Assembly (NCBI GenBank): GCA_963664875.1
Contig: OY761611.1
Coordinates: 1,536,001-1,600,000 of the forward strand
Reading direction: 5' to 3'
Origin: Candidatus Kapaibacterium sp.
Lineage (GTDB): Bacteria; Bacteroidota; Ignavibacteria; Kapaibacteriales; UBA2268
DNA length: 64,000 bases
Positions 21,201 through 31,003 of the stretch are shown here, piece after piece. The first letter of the stretch is position 1. Every line of letters starts with the position of its first letter. The position numbers and the translations under genes were made by a program. The notes below the pieces were generated by a model. That model did not search any database. It was not told where the DNA came from and saw only the letters and a program-made list of their open reading frames with translations.

Positions 21201-23088
21201 TTGTAATTTTTGCACCACTAGCATCGCCACTGAAATAGATACCAACTGCAAAGTCGTCAGAATAAGCACCGTATCTAGAATCAAGAACAAGATTTGAAAT
21301 CATGTTCATGTTTATATTCAAATTTTCACTATCCTCAGCACCAATACCGGCTATTATATTTGTGTAAGCTTCACCAACCATTGTTAGATTGTTGATTTGA
21401 TTATTCATTAGAGATGAACCGCTCGCATTTAAAATATATATACCCTTAGCTGCATTCATATTATTGATATTGTTGCCGCTCACTTGAGAATCTGCAATAC
21501 CATCTAAGTACATAACTTCTGTGTAAGTGCCACCAACAAATGTATTACCTGTAACTGTTGCACCGGCAATATCATCTGCTTCGATAGCTCTGTCTGCAGT
21601 CAAATTTGTAAATGTGTTGTCGGAAATAATAGTTTTTGGAGAGTTATCTATGTCGATAACATAAGAAACATCTTCGCCTGCATTCGCAAAAGTGTTAGAA
21701 GTGATAACTGCTTTCGCAGCTTCAGTATCAGTTTCATTGTTGTTATAAGACACAAATATAGCTTTTTCGTCAAAAGACTCAAAAGTATTGCCTGAAATTA
21801 CTAAGCCGTCCGTATATTTTGTGTATATAGCAGCATCCGCAAACAATCCAGTCGCATTAGAAAAAGTATTTCCGGAGATAATAATTCCACGAATCATTTC
21901 AGTTTCAGCACCGGCTTGTGCTTTAAAAGCGGTAGAAGCATTGCTGAAATCAACATTAGAAACAACTATATTTGAGTGACCTGAAGAGCCGTTTGCCGCA
22001 GATAAGTCAGCACCCCAAATTGCGATACCGTTAGATTCGTCAGCTGAAGTGCCGTCTGTAGCTCCATCTATTTTGATATTAGCAAAAGAGATATTTTGAG
22101 AGCCGTTATCTTCGAAGTCAGTAAGCAAGATAGCAGTACCATTTGAAGCAGCTGTGTTGTCAAAGGTTAGATATTTGCCGTCTGTTGCTTCCAAATACAT
22201 TGGTTCGTCAGATGGTTCTTCTTCGTCGCCTGTAGGAGCAACATAATCAGGATTGTTAGTAACAAGATTACCAACAAAAGTAATATTATCTGCACCCATA
22301 ATGTTTATCAAAGCTTCGTCAGCAAAGTTACCGGAAATAGTACGAGCTGCACCAAATGCTTTGATAGTAAGGCTTCCGTTATCAAACTCATGAAGAGCTA
22401 CATTATCTGTTTCTGTTATATCAGAAACTATAAAGGCAGTAACGCTACCTTCCAAATCGCGTAGGTTTATGTCAGCGAAAAGTTCGCCAAGAGTTGCATA
22501 ATCAGCTTCAGGAGTGTTACCTACCCACACAGTATCTTTGACCGGAACAAGAGCACTTAAGCTAATGTCATCAATCAATACACCGTTTTTGTTGCTTGCT
22601 GTAGCTTCGAAAGCAATCTGATAAGTTTCTGTTACGCCTTTCAGCCTGATACTTTCTTTTTCCCATGCTGTAGTAGGATCTGCAAATTCTTCCTGAAGAA
22701 CCCACTCAGCTTCTGCATTAGCTTTTGTGAATACACGCAATGTATCTGCTAAATCTGCTTTAGCAAACTGTGCTCTGTAAAATTCCAAAGTAGTAACACC
22801 ACCCTGATAATTTTTCAAATCAAATAATGGCATTACCAAACGTGTAACACCCGGATTTGCATTATGCATAATAGCATTGTTAGTACCACTATTAGCTGCA
22901 TCAGGAAATCCGGTTGGTGAACCTGTGCCAACTGACCAGTCATAAGTTCCGGTCATATACTGCTGAGTCCAGCCGTCAGGTAATGCGCCGGATTCGAAAT
23001 CTTCAGTAATGATTTCTACGGCACCAAGATTTGCAAGGCAAATTACGATAGCAAATGCCACAAGAGCCAATGTTTTAATTGGTTTCAT
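18226..23088 (-). CDS. Giant T9SS-secreted protein: choice-of-anchor J/MAM-like domain, acidic right-handed beta-helix, 7 Ig-like domains, T9SS CTD
   Basis: Signal peptide, EDFESGALPDGW...LIDDISL domain, ISGNTF repeats, seven QW.K/xG.Y.C Ig repeats, VTPNPV...LTSGMY...KTFVISK. Confidence 0.85.
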   Translation of the reverse strand: MKPIKTLALVAFAIVICLANLGAVEIITEDFESGALPDGWTQQYMTGTYDWSVGTGSPTGFPDAANSGTNNAIMHNANPGVTRLVMPLFDLKNYQGGVTTLEFYRAQFAKADLADTLRVFTKANAEAEWVLQEEFADPTTAWEKESIRLKGVTETYQIAFEATASNKNGVLIDDISLSALVPVKDTVWVGNTPEADYATLGELFADINLRDLEGSVTAFIVSDITETDNVALHEFDNGSLTIKAFGAARTISGNFADEALINIMGADNITFVGNLVTNNPDYVAPTGDEEEPSDEPMYLEATDGKYLTFDNTAASNGTAILLTDFEDNGSQNISFANIKIDGATDGTSADESNGIAIWGADLSAANGSSGHSNIVVSNVDFSNASTAFKAQAGAETEMIRGIIISGNTFSNATGLFADAAIYTKYTDGLVISGNTFESFDEKAIFVSYNNNETDTEAAKAVITSNTFANAGEDVSYVIDIDNSPKTIISDNTFTNLTADRAIEADDIAGATVTGNTFVGGTYTEVMYLDGIADSQVSGNNINNMNAAKGIYILNASGSSLMNNQINNLTMVGEAYTNIIAGIGAEDSENLNINMNMISNLVLDSRYGAYSDDFAVGIYFSGDASGAKITNNAINNLAAHKETGTQDKWVYVYGVQFDDGADNVILHHNTIRLEGTFNDFNSSYATDRSACVQVGSDSDSWDVQSNIFSNSFFGLGGDAPAYILYAGYNMLTAKTLNHNAYDIEDASVAGGAIAFLDGSKIYNFTDWQTLTSMEANGTDHKVYFVDGLHLDRNSINDLALRAPKITGIDTDIDGETRPAGADTYIGADVVDVTVSLGDELTIIGGETVYCEDQSVSMTYALVGTFADGIERTITNGLVAQWEHNGQVITDTDDDSYLVSKNGMKLTVDPIKGEHEGTYRASFRYQGAEEIQTQEVAIQVKHPVIITQNPQNVITGCANQDVLTFGVEADFALSYVWQKYDEETEQYVDLTSEGEAVFTNNYTIDLNQVEHKDAEGKYRVRVIGEELCATHHPVELTSEPIEVVVYDKISGVKTTPEFDVNSLCQGQTLRFTGSIEFGDLIGYKWQKNVVGNWADIDASENPTAATPELVLENISFDDNGRYRCVAIGYNECQVLTNSENDIDISVPDAFAITHNPEAQVVCRNESVSFSVAGNGVGEIISYQWLKDGKEIKNNEFAKSAILYIDETDYSDIAEYSCLVKAEDCNGVNDFTTETAILYVLRETEITRQPTSVRAIDGDNVTFLVEAHMKGLVPPYYQHDFQWYKGNQKLEDNGRIQGAKSSLLTINNVEATDFVGYYCVVTGQCGTATSKTAYITDEHTIEIATQPEAVVACQGAPAQFTVDADPSDIHMTVEYQWYFNGNKLNDNADYQGTKTATLNIASSALAMEGKYSVECYSEFLGTRYEVVSDEAVLEVQTAPEVVLVSNAMVDVEEESAITLEVSANSATAETYQWMKDGVEIAGATDAKFVKALAELTDAGIYTCKVANDCGEVKSDNIQLTITKKTGTSSVTENTIAGLRINDVTPNPVQSVASVTIENRMASNVAVYLTDAAGRRVATLFEGMLEGTRDLTIDANSSNLTSGMYMITMEANGTTITKTFVISK

Positions 23089-23923
23089 AACTCCATCTTG
23101 TAAAAATTATTAAACAGTACAATTAGTATTTCAAAATCTCAATGAAACTTTACAATCTTTACAATAGCTTCTTAAAGACTGTATTTTTGTATTATTATCA
23201 TGTTATCTCTTTTAAGTATTATATAGGATATAGAATTCTATAATAATACTTTATAACCACATACAATAGACACATATATCCGAAACACGTCTCAAATAAG
23301 GGTTTTAACAAATTCTTAAAAATGCTTTTAGTGATAATAAGAACAAGTATTTTGCAATTTTTATTTCTATTGTCAATTATTATAGACGTTACTATAACAC
23401 ATAAACACTCATCTATTTCAATACTAACTAAAGAATATTATATTTCCAAATCAATAAAATTAATCACACAATTACTGCTTATTAGGTAATAGCTTTGGGT
23501 AGGGTCTTTTATGAGCAACTTATGATTGTTCATTTTTCTTGCTTGTAGCTACACAAATGGTATAGTTTGAAATAATCATATTTTACAGCAATATTGACTA
23601 TACAAAAGCCTAGTGCAATTCCGTTCATATTTATCAATCTGTAATAATAATTATTGTCTATCGGCTACAAATTATTTGTATAAATAATTATCACTGTTTT
23701 ACATCTTTTTCTTCCTATGGTGATAATTTTAGAGCTATGATGAATACTTCTTCCTCTTAATGTTCAGCTTTGCTGCAATAAATATCATCGCAAAAGTAAC
23801 GCAGTATCATTTCATATTTTTATTAGTAATCAAAATTGACAAATCAATCCATATTTTTTTTCGTTCTTTCCCTTCACATACCTATCTTTGTATGATTATG
23901 TTAAATACTATACAAATCAAAAT

Positions 23924-25174
23924 ATGACAACTCTAATAAGAAATATCAGCTCGTTGGTAACAGTCAATGCAGCCGGCAGTACTCACAAAATCGGCTCTCA
24001 AATGCAGGAGATAGGAGAAATCAAAAATGGTGCTATCCTTTTTGATGAGAAAGTTTTGTGGATTGGAAACGACTTGGAGGCAGAAAAGCTCTTAACTGAA
24101 AATAAAATTCAGCCTAACAAAATTATCAATGCCAATGGCAAAACAATACTGCCCGGGTTCGCGGATTCCCACACTCATATAGTTTTCGCAGGTAATCGTT
24201 CCGGTGAGTTCGCAAGGAGACTCCGTGGCGTGAGTTATGTTCAAATTGCTGAAGAAGGTGGCGGAATACTCACAACAGTAAAAGGCACTCGCGAATCTTC
24301 TATCGAACAGCTCGCTGAAAACGGAAGAAAATTGGCACATTCGATGATGAAACACGGCACTACTTCAGTAGAAATCAAAAGTGGATACGGACTTTCTTTC
24401 GAAGCTGAAATAAAACAGCTTAAAGCAATCAAAATGCTTAAAGAAGAACTTCCCATGAATATTAAATCCACTTTCCTCGGTGCACACGATTTCCCTCCGG
24501 AGTTTAGAGATGATAGAGATAGATACGTGGATTTATTAGTTAATGAAATAATTCCTTATGTTGCGGAAAACAAGCTTGCTGATTATTGCGATGCTTTTGT
24601 TGACAAAGGTTACTATACTGTTGAGCAGGGCGAGCGTATTTTCCGTGCTGCTGCTGATCATGGTATGAAACTAAAAGTACATGCAGACGAGCTTGCAGAT
24701 GTCTCTGCTGCTCAGCTTGCTGCAAAAATGAGAGCTGTATCAGCTGATCATCTTTTGTTTGTGTCTGATGCCGGTATCAATGCTCTCAAAGAGGCAGGTA
24801 CTGTTGCTACATTGCTTCCAGGGACAGCATATTTCATAAGAATGCCTTATGCTCCTGCGAGAAAGTTAATAGAAGCAGGTGCTACTGTAGCCCTTTCAAC
24901 TGATTGTAATCCGGGATCATGTTTTACAGAAAATATGCAAATGATTTTGTCGCTATCGGTTATAAATATGGGAATGACAGCCGAAGAAGCCCTGGTAGGT
25001 GCAACTCTCAATGGTGCTAAAGCAATGGAAATATCTGAGTTTACAGGTTCGCTGGAAGTCGGCAAGCAAGCAGATTTTATAGTAGCCGACATAGATTCAT
25101 ATACCGATTTATTCTATCATTTCGGTATCAATCATGTAAAAGAAACTTGGATAAAAGGTAAACAAATAATATAA
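23924..25174 (+). CDS. hutI: Imidazolonepropionase
   Basis: PGFADSHTH, GGGILTTV, EIKSGYGL, FLGAH, HADEL, SADHL, ALSTDCNPGS. Confidence 0.96.
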   Translation: MTTLIRNISSLVTVNAAGSTHKIGSQMQEIGEIKNGAILFDEKVLWIGNDLEAEKLLTENKIQPNKIINANGKTILPGFADSHTHIVFAGNRSGEFARRLRGVSYVQIAEEGGGILTTVKGTRESSIEQLAENGRKLAHSMMKHGTTSVEIKSGYGLSFEAEIKQLKAIKMLKEELPMNIKSTFLGAHDFPPEFRDDRDRYVDLLVNEIIPYVAENKLADYCDAFVDKGYYTVEQGERIFRAAADHGMKLKVHADELADVSAAQLAAKMRAVSADHLLFVSDAGINALKEAGTVATLLPGTAYFIRMPYAPARKLIEAGATVALSTDCNPGSCFTENMQMILSLSVINMGMTAEEALVGATLNGAKAMEISEFTGSLEVGKQADFIVADIDSYTDLFYHFGINHVKETWIKGKQII

Positions 25175-25198
25175 AGAAAAGAATCTTTAGGAAGTTTG

Positions 25199-25240
25199 AC
25201 GAGTATTAGAAGAAGTGTCCTATAATACTCGTTTTTTTTT
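25199..25240 (+). terminator. Intrinsic terminator
   Basis: ACGAGTATTA/TAATACTCGT stem followed by a long T tract. Confidence 0.75.
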
Positions 25241-25267
25241 AGCCAAAAACAATGTAACTAACCTCTT

Positions 25268-26776
25268 CTATTCGCCAGACTCAAAATCTTGAAAATTTAT
25301 TCCGTCCTCTAATGCTATTATTTTTGCAGCATGCCTACCGGATAGTATTACTAATGGCACTCCTCCGCCCGGATGTGATGATCCGCCTGTGAAATAAAGA
25401 TTTTTAAGTAATCGGGAGCGGTTTGCAGGTCGCTGAAAAGCTGCCATCATGCTGTTTGAAGATATACCGTAGATACTGCCTCTGTTAGAAAAATATTTAT
25501 TTTTAAAATCTAATGGAGTAAAAGCATCTTCGCATTCAATTTTATCAGATATATCTATTCCATGTGTTTTTAAATCGGATAGTACACTTTGCCTAACCCG
25601 CTGCGTTGCAGACTCCCAGTCCTGACCTGAATGATAAGGCATATTGAGCAATACATACCAATTCTCGCAACCATCCGGAGCATGATTCGAATCAATTTTC
25701 GACGAAACTGACACATATATTGTCGCATTATTTGGGTGCGTATGGCTATGAAAAATAGTGTCAAATTCTTTTTTGTAATCATCTGAAAAAAATACATTGT
25801 GCAAAGCAAGTTGCTCATGCCTGCCTTTCACTCCCCAATGAAAAAGCATTCCTGAAAGAGACGGTTCCAACTTTCTTAACTTAATAGTATAATCAGGAAA
25901 TCCTTTTATCATAGTAGAAAAGGTATAGACTACATCGCTGTTTGCCACTATTCTATCGTAATTTATTACTTCCTCCCCTACTCTGATGCCATTGACTGCA
26001 ACTCTGTCATGTAAAATTTCAGTAATTTGGGTATTCAAAAAAATATTGATACCCATATCCTTCATAATACTTTGTAGCGACTCAACTATTTTATACATCC
26101 CAACTTTTACATAATAGCTCCCCATAGAAAACTCTACATGCGGAATAATATTGAGAGTTGCAGGTATTTGATAGGGATTTGAACCATTATATGTAGCAAA
26201 TCTTCCAAAAAGTTGTAACACTTTCTCGTTCTTGAAATACTCCTGCAATCGTTCCTGCATAGTTTTAAAAGCATCTATTTTGAATGCAGTATTGATTGGA
26301 GGCATTTTTTTCTCCTGCCACAAGCGACTGACCTCGTGAAAAGGTTCGAATAGAAATATTTCTGCGGCAAGCTCATACAATCTTTTAGAATATTCCATAA
26401 ATTCTCTAAACTTTTCAGAGTCCTCAACTGAAATTTCAGAAATATTCTTTTGCATCTTATCCAAATCTTTATGTGTATCTAAGATAGTACCATCTTTAAA
26501 GAAATTTTTGGAAATTGGATCAATTTCTGCAATTTCTATGTATTTATCCATTTGATATCCGGCAAATCGGAATATCCGTTCTAACACAAAAGGCATAGTC
26601 AGTAGCGTAGGTCCAGTGTCAAATCTATATTGTCCAAGAATATTTTGGTTTAATTTGCCACCAAGTGAGTCGTTTTTTTCATATAAATCAATTTCATAAC
26701 CCATTTTTCTAAGATAAATGGCAGCTGACAATCCACCAAGTCCGCCTCCTATAACAGCAACTCGTTTATTCATCAA
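25268..26776 (-). CDS. Phytoene desaturase-family FAD oxidoreductase (CrtI/CrtD-like)
   Basis: VIGGGLGGLSAA FAD motif, FDTGPTLLTMP, RFATYNGSNPY, HNVFFS, GGSSHPGGGVPLV. Confidence 0.88.
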   Translation of the reverse strand: MMNKRVAVIGGGLGGLSAAIYLRKMGYEIDLYEKNDSLGGKLNQNILGQYRFDTGPTLLTMPFVLERIFRFAGYQMDKYIEIAEIDPISKNFFKDGTILDTHKDLDKMQKNISEISVEDSEKFREFMEYSKRLYELAAEIFLFEPFHEVSRLWQEKKMPPINTAFKIDAFKTMQERLQEYFKNEKVLQLFGRFATYNGSNPYQIPATLNIIPHVEFSMGSYYVKVGMYKIVESLQSIMKDMGINIFLNTQITEILHDRVAVNGIRVGEEVINYDRIVANSDVVYTFSTMIKGFPDYTIKLRKLEPSLSGMLFHWGVKGRHEQLALHNVFFSDDYKKEFDTIFHSHTHPNNATIYVSVSSKIDSNHAPDGCENWYVLLNMPYHSGQDWESATQRVRQSVLSDLKTHGIDISDKIECEDAFTPLDFKNKYFSNRGSIYGISSNSMMAAFQRPANRSRLLKNLYFTGGSSHPGGGVPLVILSGRHAAKIIALEDGINFQDFESGE

Positions 26777-27329
26777 ACATCTCCTTCAGTTGCTTCAATC
26801 TGTTTTTTTCTTTAGCGTCGAGCTCAATATTTTCCTCTATGAAGGCGAGGGTATTTTTTAAAAGTTCTTTAGGATAAAGACCAAAGCTATTTTTATCCAT
26901 GATATTGATTATTCGTTTCAAAGCAGTTTCCGCTTCATCACTTTTCCCAAAAAAGAATGGAAGATAGTAGCAGGTAGAACCATAAATAAAAAGTGCCTCT
27001 ATATTATTCTGAGAGTTTTCCATCCCCTTTTCCATCAAATCTATACCCTTATTTGCATATTCAAGTTTAGTACCCGGCCAAAATGCAAATTTTGCCTTTA
27101 CTGCAATAAGAGAGCCTATATAAACCTCTGCAGTCGATTTGAAAAAAGGCTTAGATTTCACTATTTCTTTAAACTGCTTTATTGCAGGATCAATATCTTC
27201 CTCGTTTTCCAAAGCAGCATAGTAAGTCTTCCTTAGTTTCTCCAACTCTGAGTCATTAGCAGTCAATCCCCCGAAGCTTACAGCAAATGAGAAAAACAGG
27301 AACATTATATATATTGCAGGAAATTTCAT
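26766..27329 (-). CDS. Secreted helical (TPR-like) hypothetical protein
   Basis: Signal peptide MKFPAIYIMFLFFSFA, helical repeats, LPFFFGK motif. Overlaps the start of the CrtI-like gene. Confidence 0.7.
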   Translation of the reverse strand: MKFPAIYIMFLFFSFAVSFGGLTANDSELEKLRKTYYAALENEEDIDPAIKQFKEIVKSKPFFKSTAEVYIGSLIAVKAKFAFWPGTKLEYANKGIDLMEKGMENSQNNIEALFIYGSTCYYLPFFFGKSDEAETALKRIINIMDKNSFGLYPKELLKNTLAFIEENIELDAKEKNRLKQLKEMFDE

Positions 27330-27608
27330 ATCATAGCGTCCGTATATATTAAGGATTAGTGAAAATAACGACTCCAAACAAAGTCTATTGCAAAAAAATA
27401 TTTATTAGGTAAAATAAACTTTGAGCTATTCTATCTTTAACGATTTTATTGGCTTCGTGTTCTGCACTTGCTATCTAAGATTGTGTTCACAAACACTTCT
27501 GCTTTAGCATTTTGTTGTACTCTTATAGTATTTTTGCATATATTTACTTAGCTATAATTTTTTGTTTTCAAATTGACATTCAACACTTAAAAAAACGGAA
27601 GCTATTTT

Positions 27609-28652
27609 ATGATACTGCTTTTTGTATATCTTTCACTCGCACTAGTAATTTCATTTCTTTGTTCAATTATGGAAGCAGTGCTTCTTTCGACTACAAAATC
27701 GTTTTTGATGGTAAAAGAAGAACAAAATATACGTTGGGCTACAAAATTTCTGAATTTTAAAAAAGATATAGACAAGCCTCTATCTGCAATTCTCTCGCTA
27801 AATACAGTCGCCCATACAGTCGGAGCAGCAGGTGTTGGAGCTCAGGCATCCATTGTATTTGGTAGTGAGTACTTTGGGATAGTTTCCGCTATACTTACAC
27901 TTTTGATACTTATTTTTACAGAAATCATACCTAAAACTCTCGGAGCAAATTATTGGGACAAATTGGCTGCAATAATAACTTATTTCATTTCTGGCTCCAT
28001 TATTATTACTTATCCTTTGGTAAAAATTTCGTCCTTGCTTACTAAACTCTTTGCTTCAAAAGAGACAGGAAAGTCAACCAGCCGCGAAGAAATAGCACTG
28101 TTAGCAGGAATTGGTGCCGATGAAGGTTTGTTTGATATCAAAGAACAAAAAGTGATACAGAACATACTTAAACTCAAATCTTTGAAAGTATCCTCCATTA
28201 TGACTCCCCGCACTGTATTGGCAACAGCTTCGGGCAGCATGAGCATCACTGATTTTAAAAAATCAATTTTATATCGACCATTTTCAAGAATTCCTATTTA
28301 CAAAGAAGATATAGATGACACTGATGCATATATTGTTAAGCAGGAAGTTTACGAATGCGAGCAACCTGAAAACAAAACTTTAGAAAATTTTGGAAGAAAG
28401 ATGCTAATTGTTCCTGCGTCAAAGACAGTCTTTGATTTATGGGAATTGCTCCTTAAGCAAAAAGAGCACATAGCATTAGTCATTGACGAATTTGGTGGAG
28501 TTGACGGGATTGTTACTATGGAAGATATAATAGAATCTATCTTGGGCTTGGAGATAATTGACGAAAAGGACATGGCAGACGACATGCAAAAACTCGCTTT
28601 GGAGAGATGGAACACAAGACAAAAGAAATATAAATTTATAGACAAGGATTAA
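27609..28652 (+). CDS. CNNM/DUF21-CBS domain (hemolysin/CorC-like) protein
   Basis: SFLCSIMEAVLLS, LNTVAHTVGAAGVG, TEIIPKTLG, IMTPRT, FSRIPIY, VIDEFGG..GIVTMEDIIE. Confidence 0.92.
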   Translation: MILLFVYLSLALVISFLCSIMEAVLLSTTKSFLMVKEEQNIRWATKFLNFKKDIDKPLSAILSLNTVAHTVGAAGVGAQASIVFGSEYFGIVSAILTLLILIFTEIIPKTLGANYWDKLAAIITYFISGSIIITYPLVKISSLLTKLFASKETGKSTSREEIALLAGIGADEGLFDIKEQKVIQNILKLKSLKVSSIMTPRTVLATASGSMSITDFKKSILYRPFSRIPIYKEDIDDTDAYIVKQEVYECEQPENKTLENFGRKMLIVPASKTVFDLWELLLKQKEHIALVIDEFGGVDGIVTMEDIIESILGLEIIDEKDMADDMQKLALERWNTRQKKYKFIDKD

Positions 28653-28818
28653 AAATACTAATCAGGGCAAATTCCATTGCTTCAGATAATTGTATTTATA
28701 TAAGCCCTCTCTTAATAAGTAAAAAGTCTTATATTGCAAAAACAGATTATTTCTGTGGAAACTTTATTACTCTACATTCGTTTCTCTTATCGTAAATAAA
28801 CTAAGGGAAAAATCAAAA

Positions 28819-29511
28819 ATGAATATACGATATGTCTTTGCGTTTTTGCTAATCTTTTTTGGTTCAGTGCTTCTGCTCGAAAAATTCGGAATCCTGAGCC
28901 TATTTGAATATCTATTTGATTGGTGGCCCACAGGTTTGATAGCTGTTGGTGCTTATATGCTTTGGAACGACAAATCATCTTGGATCACAGGATCTGTGAT
29001 TGTAACCATAGGAGTTATTCTTCAGGCTGACTATCTTAAAATATTGCCTGTCAGTCTGTGGGAAGCATTATGGCCGATAGTTCTGATTCTTACAGGTATT
29101 TACCTGATTAGCGGAAAGAGGAAATACGATAGTCACAAATTTTCGAAAAAGAAAGAAGCCTCAGACGGAGATACGGATAAATTAGAAGAAATTGCGGTGT
29201 TTTCCGGTATAAATAAAAGAATAAATAATCCAAACCTCAGCGGTGGAGATTTGTCCAGTATCTTTGGCGGCATAGAATTAGATTTAATTAATTCGGACTT
29301 TATTCGGAAAGAGATTGTTTTTGACGTATTTTGCATATTCGGTGGTGTCAAACTTTACATTCCTCCTACTTGGAATGTCGTAACAAATGGAGTCCCTATT
29401 TTCGGAGGTTTGAAAAACAACTCCAGACACCGCGAAGAAACAGATACAGAAAAACCTGTATTATATATCAACTATGTCGCTATTTTTGGCGGCATCGAAA
29501 TTGTTAATTAA
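28819..29511 (+). CDS. LiaF-like membrane protein (DUF5668 + DUF2154)
   Basis: N-terminal TMs with WP motifs. C-terminal repeated (I/V)FGG motifs (IFGGIELDL, IFGGVKLYIP). Confidence 0.85.
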   Translation: MNIRYVFAFLLIFFGSVLLLEKFGILSLFEYLFDWWPTGLIAVGAYMLWNDKSSWITGSVIVTIGVILQADYLKILPVSLWEALWPIVLILTGIYLISGKRKYDSHKFSKKKEASDGDTDKLEEIAVFSGINKRINNPNLSGGDLSSIFGGIELDLINSDFIRKEIVFDVFCIFGGVKLYIPPTWNVVTNGVPIFGGLKNNSRHREETDTEKPVLYINYVAIFGGIEIVN

Positions 29512-29526
29512 GAAGATAAAAGAATC

Positions 29527-30534
29527 ATGAGTGATACACAAGAAAAGAAACCTATAATTTTAAGTGGAATACAGCCTTCCGGCATTTTAACATTCGGACA
29601 CCTGACAGGAGCTTTGAAAAATTGGAACGAAATGCAGGAATCGCACGAGTGTTTTTTTATGATTGCAGATATGCACTCTATCACTGTCAGACAAAATCCC
29701 GCAGATCTTAGGAAAAGGACTCTCGACACTGCTGCAATGTTTCTTGCTGCAGGTATTGATCCCGAAAAAAGCTCTCTCTTTATACAAAGCCACGTTACAG
29801 AACATGCTCAGTTAGCCTGGGTACTTAATACTTTCACAGGTATGGGCGAATGTTCCCGCATGACTCAGTTTAAAGACAAATCAGCAAAACACTCTGAAAA
29901 TATAAATGTTGGTCTATTCTCTTACCCTGTGCTTATGGCAGCAGATATATTACTATATCAGGCGAACAGAGTACCGGTAGGCGAGGATCAAAAGCAACAT
30001 TTGGAGCTATCTCGAAACTTAGCTCAAAGATTTAATCATAACTACTCTGACACTTTTGTTGTTCCTGAGCCATACATACCTAAAGTGGGTGCAAGAATTA
30101 TGAGCCTACAGGAACCAACTAAAAAAATGTCCAAATCAGATGACAATGAGAACTCAATTCTTTATCTATCTGACCCTTATGATGTAGTTATCAAAAAAAT
30201 AAAAAGAGCAGTAACCGACTCTGATAGTGTGGTTAAATTTGATGATAATAAGCCGGGTGTTAGCAATTTGATGACACTATATCACGTCGCTACCGGTAAA
30301 TCATTTGCTGATATCGAAAAAGAATTTGACGGTAAGGGCTATGGTGACTTCAAAGCTGCTGTCGGCGAAGCAGTTGCTGAGTACCTCAAGCCTCTCAGAG
30401 AAAAATACGAATCTATCCGAAACGATAAAAAATATTTGGAAAGCGTGCTGACTGAAGGCGCTGATAAAGCAAGAAAACAAGCTTTCAAAACTCTAAGAAA
30501 AGTATATAAGAAAATTGGTTTTGTAAGTTTTTAA
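29527..30534 (+). CDS. trpS: Tryptophan--tRNA ligase
   Basis: SGIQPSG, IADMHSIT, YPVLMAADILLY, PVGEDQKQH, KMSKS. Confidence 0.98.
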   Translation: MSDTQEKKPIILSGIQPSGILTFGHLTGALKNWNEMQESHECFFMIADMHSITVRQNPADLRKRTLDTAAMFLAAGIDPEKSSLFIQSHVTEHAQLAWVLNTFTGMGECSRMTQFKDKSAKHSENINVGLFSYPVLMAADILLYQANRVPVGEDQKQHLELSRNLAQRFNHNYSDTFVVPEPYIPKVGARIMSLQEPTKKMSKSDDNENSILYLSDPYDVVIKKIKRAVTDSDSVVKFDDNKPGVSNLMTLYHVATGKSFADIEKEFDGKGYGDFKAAVGEAVAEYLKPLREKYESIRNDKKYLESVLTEGADKARKQAFKTLRKVYKKIGFVSF

Positions 30535-30571
30535 TTTTTTATGTTAAACTTTAAGGTGGGGCGAAAAGAAG

Positions 30572-30853
30572 ATGCCTACTTATGTTTATAAATGCAGGAA
30601 ATGCCAAAACGAATTCGAGTACAAACAAGGCATAAATGATGAAGCCTTGACAGAATGCGTTTTGACTGACGAAAACGGTGTGAAATGTGACGGCGAAGTG
30701 TTCCGCAAAATTTCCTCAAATGTAGGGTTGGTTTTTAACGGCAAAGGCTTTTATCAGACCGATTACACAAGCAAGAGCTCATCAGCTCCGGTGAGTGAAT
30801 CTGCTTCCTGCTCGACTCCTGCGTGTGCCTCTTGCGCTGCAGCAGGTAACTAA
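30572..30853 (+). CDS. FmdB-family zinc-ribbon protein
   Basis: MPTYVYKCRKC...FNGKGFYQTDY signature and a C-terminal Cys cluster. Confidence 0.9.
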   Translation: MPTYVYKCRKCQNEFEYKQGINDEALTECVLTDENGVKCDGEVFRKISSNVGLVFNGKGFYQTDYTSKSSSAPVSESASCSTPACASCAAAGN

Positions 30854-30935
30854 GCTTATATTTTTTGGTAATGTATGACAGATTCAGCTTATCCCTGAGT
30901 TTAGCATTTACCAAATCAACAAATATTACTACAAT

Positions 30936-30978
30936 AGAGACCGATACGGAGCAATCTTATCGGCCTCTTTTTGTTTTT
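30936..30978 (+). terminator. Intrinsic terminator
   Basis: AGAGACCGATA...TATCGGCCTCT stem followed by T tracts. Confidence 0.6.
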
Positions 30979-31003
30979 GAAAATTTCCACAAGGATGCAA
31001 TCC

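Noticed and set aside
23089-23923. Hidden gene or ncRNA in the ~830-bp intergenic region
   Set aside because: Very AT-rich, with no convincing ORF, stable structure or repeat seen; best read as divergent promoter DNA.
23924-25174. Functional link between lone hutI and the altered carbamoyltransferase
   Set aside because: HutI yields N-formimino-glutamate, not a carbamoyl compound, and the genes are about 14 kb apart.
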